From: Octopus bimaculoides
Lineage: Eukaryota
Length of the DNA stretch: 53,802 nt
Reading direction: 5' to 3'
NCBI RefSeq assembly: GCF_001194135.2
Contig: NC_068998.1
Location: 12,692,492 to 12,746,293 of the forward strand
The notes under the pieces are model-generated. The model was not told the origin of the DNA and did not search any database. It saw only the letters and a list, made by a program, of their open reading frames with translations. Below, one piece after another: positions 48,172 to 53,802 of this stretch (position 1 is the stretch's first letter; each line of letters opens with the position of its first letter). The position numbers were made by a program, and so were the translations under genes.

Positions 48172-48520
48172 TCATCATCATCATCGTTTAATGCCTGCTT
48201 TCCATGCTAGCATGGGTTGGACGATTTGACTGAGGACTGGCGAACCAGATGGCTGCACCAGGCTCCAATCTGATCTGGCAGAGTTCCTACAGCTGGATGT
48301 CCTTCCTAACACCAACCACTCCGAGGGTATAGTGGGTGCTTTTACGTGCCACCCGCACGAGGGCCACTCAGGCGATACTGGCAATGGCCACGCTCAAAAT
48401 GGTGTTTTTTACATGCCACCTGCACAGGAGCCAGTCCAGTGGCACTGGCAACGACCTTGCTCGAATGTTTTTTCACATGCCACCAGCACAAGTGCCAGTA
48501 AGGCAACGCTGGTAACGATC
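48172..48520 (-). mobile_element. SINE family D
   Basis: Near-identical to 12857-13141, with the internal gccacc.gcac minisatellite. Confidence 0.9.
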
Positions 48521-49862
48521 NNNNNNNNNNNNNNNNNNNNNNNNNNNNNNNNNNNNNNNNNNNNNNNNNNNNNNNNNNNNNNNNNNNNNNNNNNNNNNNN
48601 NNNNNNNNNNNNNNNNNNNNNNNNNNNNNNNNNNNNNNNNNNNNNNNNNNNNNNNNNNNNNNNNNNNNNNNNNNNNNNNNNNNNNNNNNNNNNNNNNNNN
48701 NNNNNNNNNNNNNNNNNNNNNNNNNNNNNNNNNNNNNNNNNNNNNNNNNNNNNNNNNNNNNNNNNNNNNNNNNNNNNNNNNNNNNNNNNNNNNNNNNNNN
48801 NNNNNNNNNNNNNNNNNNNNNNNNNNNNNNNNNNNNNNNNNNNNNNNNNNNNNNNNNNNNNNNNNNNNNNNNNNNNNNNNNNNNNNNNNNNNNNNNNNNN
48901 NNNNNATTACCGTGAATTTTTTTAGTGACACTTTCAAATTTATCAGAATATCGGGCTGAAGATTTGGAATAGAGAAATTTTCATTCTCTTAACCATGAAA
49001 CGATCGTATCCGATTAACTAAAGACTTGTTTTGTTTATGCTTTCCCCTCGGTTTTTTTGTTCTATGTGTGCCATAAATATCGCCATCCGTTTAGAGAAAA
49101 ATTTGTAGTTTAGAATCAGTAGTTCTTTGACTGCTATTTCTAAATTTTCAGTATGTTGGAGAAGCAACTCAATGCTAATCCCTGTATATTTATGATTATA
49201 TATATATATATAGTCCACAGATGAGATCCAGAGATTCTCCATTCTCCATATAGAAGACACTGAGTTGTACTCAAAAGATTCAAACTCACACTTCAATGTC
49301 TTTACAGGGGATTGATTCCACAAAGTAACGAAATGCTATCAGAGGGATCGTCCATACACACTATAAGTGTCTTTTCAGTTACTGTTTTTGAAACTGATCT
49401 CACAATTCATTAGTCAACTCCAGGTTACAGTAGGGCATATGCTGCCCTACAGTGCGTGGGGGGAGGATCCAGAAAGAAATAACTGAAGTGAACATTTTAA
49501 CTGCACTTCCATTCCTATATGCTAACTCATGAGCACACACACACAAAATTTAGATCCCTATTTTTTCATCACCCACATATACTCCCACTCATACTCAATA
49601 TAATTTACAGCCTCCCACATATGCCCATGGAAATGTGTGTGTGTGTGTGTGTGTACATATTGTGAAAACTGAAAACAAATGATGTAGAAACAAAACAGCA
49701 ATTAATAACAATACTAACACATAATCAACTTAGCGAACCCCTGTTCCTTGTCATTCTTTTTGATTTTTAGGAGTCATTTTTTTTTTGTATTCGAATATCG
49801 GTTCTTTCTTTCTTTCTTTACTTTTTCGTGGGTGGGAGTTATGATGTTCTTCCTAGTTTCTG

Positions 49863-49863
<1 letters not shown>

Positions 49864-49902
<39 letters not shown>
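49864..49902. repeat. (ATT)n microsatellite
   Basis: Direct reading. Confidence 0.95.
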
Positions 49903-49903
<1 letters not shown>

Positions 49904-50399
49904 TTTGGCATCTGAAAGTCATTTTCAAGTGTTTCTTGAAGACTACTTTTGAATAAGGAGAAAGGGAAGTCTGAGAAAAGAAGGGATGAAAAGTAAAAGA
50001 AAGGAACAAGAACAAGCACGAACATCACAAAACGAAATAGAAAAGAGAGAAAGAAAGGGAAAAAGAGAGAAAGGGTGGAAGAGATAACATATATTTCTAG
50101 GTCATATGGAGAAAGAAACTGTAGAAAAAAACGTCCAGTTTTCAGAAAAGCAACGAAAACCAAAAAATTAGTTTCCAAATCTTTTGAAACAGAAAGTAGA
50201 AAATGGGTGACAGAATAGGGAGAGAATAAGGAAGTAGTAGAAAGGTAGTGGGGATGGGGGAGAAATGAGAATGAGGTAGAAGATTCTGTTGGTAAAGTTG
50301 GTATTGAGAATAGAGATGTCAGTGGAAAATACTGAAGACTGAACGAGTGAGGGAGTCGGTGTCATTTTTATTTTAGACTAAACGTGAGATAAAATAAAA

Positions 50400-51032
50400 G
50401 TATAATAAAAACGGTGAGAGACGGGGAAAGTGAGATCATGTGAGAGAAAGAGAGAGAAAAGCGAACAGAAGAAAGAAATCGGAGAGAAAGAAGGAGAGAG
50501 AGGGACAGGGAGAGAAAGATACAGGGAAAGAGGGGGACAGGTAGAGAGGGACAGAGACAGAGAGAGGAATAGCGAAGCCAGTGAGAGAGGGACAGAGATA
50601 GAGAGTGAGAGAGAGCCAAAATTCTGAGAGATCAAAGAGTGAAAAAAAAAGACAAAATTATTCAGGTTGACAGAGATGGAGATAGATTTTATGCAATAGT
50701 TTGTGACGTAGACAGCAAAGCAATAACTGATGACGTATGTTAGTGAGTAAAGCAGAAATAAAATAAACGAGTGTAGCCAGCAGTTGAGTGAGAGTGTGTG
50801 CGTGAGTGAGTGCTCCAAGTGGCTGAATTACCCAGCACTGAGATAGAGAGAAAGAGAAAGACTAGTAACCAGAGTGGGAGATATACATACCTAAGGAGGA
50901 ACCGTCGCCTGTTCTGTCTGTCGGTGTACTGTAAACGGGCATGTTGTGACATTCAAGTGAAAATATCTACCGGTTGCCATAAAAAAATTACAAAGAAAAA
51001 ATATTACAAAGAAGCCAAAACACCTAAATCAA
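50400..51032 (+). promoter_or_regulatory. Putative promoter and non-coding first exon of a plus-strand gene extending beyond the window
   Basis: Long GA-rich tract, two TGACGT (CRE-like) sites at about 50704 and 50730, AT-rich aaataaaataaa, then Inr-like gcagttgagt near 50780. A-rich leader ends at caa|GTAAGC (51033), followed by T-rich intron-like sequence. Confidence 0.4.
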
Positions 51033-52794
51033 GTAAGCTAACATTCCTTTTCAGTTGTACTAATTGTTTTAAATTTGAATCATCCATAGGTCAACTTGTT
51101 TATATTCTCTGATCTCATTTCTTGTCAATTTAATGTGTGTTATGCCGTCCCTTCATCTGCCCGTCCGTCCGTTCGTTCGTTTACTACTGAGATCTCTCTC
51201 TACCCGTATTTATCTAATCTATTTATATAGATAGTATTATGTATGTTTGATCCTGAATACTTCTTTGTAAATAAGAGATTGTTTTTGTTTTTTTCTTTCT
51301 CTTGTCGGTTTTTCTTTTCGCTCCCCATTTCGACCATCAATCACACCCATCATTTCCCTACGTTCGTTCAAAAGACCGTTCTCTCCAGGAAGTGATCAAA
51401 GATGATGCTTGTGATTAATTAAAAACAAAATTTGTTGTGATTTCAGCACCACTACAACCACTACCACTATCTCCAATAATAATAATAATAATAATCATTC
51501 TTTCTATCATAGGCACAAGGCATGAAATTTTGTAGGGAGGGGGCAAGTCGATAATTTCGACCCCAGTATTCAACTGGTACTTATTTTATCGACCTCCGAA
51601 AGGATGAATTATGATAATAGTTATCATTAGTATTAATGGTGATTAACAATATCATAATTGTGCAATGTGTATTTGTTTGACAAAATATAAAAGTCTGTAA
51701 ACCTTCAATGCTAAGCCGAGTTATTTTTGTCATTAAGGTCTTCTAACATGCTCCTCCATGAAGCATGTATATACATACGGCCATCATAAACACCGAAACT
51801 CTTAGACGAGGAAGTGTCACTAAATACACACCCACATGCGCGCACGCACACACACACACACACACATGTATGTGTTTGTGATTGTGTATACAATAATCTC
51901 TTTAAGGTGAGATATTTGTACACATCCCTGTTTTATATACCGCAATAAAGACAATACAACACACGTACGTTTACAAATTATATAAATCAACCGCAGTGTA
52001 CCTGTACACAACGAATATTGTTGTAGTGTACTCACACAGTGTCAGACAGACCCATTGCTATCAACATTCTTGTACCGTGACCAACTGTAAATAAACGTGG
52101 TATTTTAAGGTATCTTAAGCCTCGCTAAATTGTCATTGTTACTTTTGATCAGCCAGGTATAAATGACTTATTGGGGTTCAAAACCGTTGCATCACTATAT
52201 ATGTTTATAGCCATCACACTTCACATTTCGCCTTCTTTTAGCCGTTGAAAAAGTACGATCGTTACTTTATCCCAGTTTCCCATCTACATAAATATGTCTT
52301 TGTGCTGTGCCTTATATTAAGTTTTTGTATTATGATAGTTATATAAAGAGTAGAACAGAACTATGCTACCGAGAGACTAAAGTCCGTGATGCAGTTTCAA
52401 ATCCTCTTATATATATAATGCCTCTTGAGAAAGGCATGAACGTCGCTTCATAACATTTCCTCCTACCCTATTAATTGAAGCACTGTGCCCTATGATGTAA
52501 GAAATTATTATTTAGTTTATCAGCGGCTTCTTACTCGCAATGTAAGTCAAGTAGCCTTTAACTGGTAAATCATACCTCATCCCCTTTTATTATATCTACA
52601 ACTGCACACTTATACAAATAATAGACGTGTGAATTCCCAAGTCAATAGAAAGTAGATGTTCATCTGGATTTCCAACTCTTATCCACCACGATTTGAGTCT
52701 AGATTGTTTGACAGTCATCATGGAACTACTCACTCTTGCCAGCTCCACCCATGTTTTGCTTGGAGACAGAAGTCACTCACGCCTACTACTCAAC

Positions 52795-52805
52795 ACATAC
52801 ACACG

Positions 52806-52851
<46 letters not shown>

Positions 52852-53030
52852 CATATATATACATACACATATATATATATACATACATACGTGTGTGTGT
52901 GTGTGTGCAAACACACGGACCATATATACATATATACGTTTATATGTGTGTGTATATATATGTGTACACGTATGTATGTGTATACATATATTAATGCACC
53001 AAAACAAATAAATACAAATATGTATTTGTG
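52795..53030. repeat. Compound (TA)/(CA)/(TG) microsatellite block
   Basis: Direct reading. A similar block lies at 53640-53802. Confidence 0.95.
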
Positions 53031-53763
53031 TAGATAAGTGTTTTTAGAGTTCATAGCGGCTTTAAATATGTGAGCGTAGATGTATAAATTAATTATCTAT
53101 ATTTTATTTATGTGTGTTCGTTGTACGCCTCGCCTTATCGCTTGTTTATTTTCTTTTACTCACACACTCGCACTCAAACAGTGAACAAAATCTAATCTAT
53201 GGCTAAGAGTTCTTCTGATCGACTTAATATTACGTGTGGGCGATTGTTTCCCGAGTGGTTGTCATCATTCTTTGCAAGATAATAATGCCAGCCTGTCTGC
53301 CTCTAACAATTAGGTACCAATTTTAATTTGGTGTCCTGTCTTCCCCTCTTCCTCCGTCACAAACTTAGTCAAGCACCGATTATCCTGTAAACTTCGCTTT
53401 CGCTTATATTGGACGGACCAGGAGCTTTTTTGATAAATGTCATAATGTTCATTAAAAGCGTCAGATGAAAATGTGTGTGTGTGTGTGTGTGTGTGCGAGA
53501 GAGAATATTGTCGAAAACTCTTCAGCTTGTCGATATTGACTTTACTAAATTATATATATATAGAGGTACACAGCCATACTAAAACACGTATACAAGTGTA
53601 TAGAATAATGGATATCTATCTATCTATCTACCTATAGATAGATATGTATATTCATATGCACACACATGTGTATATATACATGTTTGTGTGTGTGTGTGTG
53701 TGCATATACCTACACACGTGAATTTATGTATAATATACTTACACACCTGCACACACACATGTA

Positions 53764-53802
<39 letters not shown>

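Noticed and set aside
50891-50952. Minus-strand exon (MSQHARLQ...FLLR, phase 2) as a distal alternative first exon of the FBXL17-like gene
   Set aside because: Phase compatibility has a one-in-three chance, the ATG context is weak, and it is 28 kb away. A proximal exon 1 with promoter motifs already exists.
52656-53054. Multiple ORFs rich in YI/HT/CV repeats (also near 36494, 41056 and 47389)
   Set aside because: They are translations of dinucleotide microsatellites.

Overview
AT-rich, repeat-dense eukaryotic scaffold with six N gaps (9049-9350, 14087-15072, 39373-39382, 44241-45137, 46246-46780, 48521-48905). The SINE families and microsatellite load look like a coleoid cephalopod, most likely Octopus; this is recognition from memory, not a database result. 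The only well-supported protein-coding gene is a minus-strand F-box/leucine-rich-repeat gene resembling FBXL17. Six exons were reconstructed with consistent splice phases (25603-25619, 22098-22922, 18529-18640, 16705-16830, 15421-15522, 12184-12443), and one or two further LRR exons are predicted to lie in the 14087-15072 gap. Two weaker gene starts are suggested: a minus-strand TATA promoter near 8050 and a plus-strand CRE/GAGA promoter near 50750. The rest is a varied collection of mobile-element relics: Tc1, DD37D/maT-like, Tigger/pogo MITE, piggyBac-type MITE, Buster-type hAT with a nested solo LTR, Merlin, Helitron/DINE-like, HERO-like, RTE, Tx1/L1 and Penelope-like elements, plus four SINE families. 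I found no convincing novel multi-gene system. The best candidates for a second look are a perfect spacerless 72-bp palindrome in an intron, inverted SINE pairs bracketing two frame-symmetric LRR exons, a 94-nt fold-back hairpin, a degenerate hammerhead-like motif and a divergent FBXL17-like protein.
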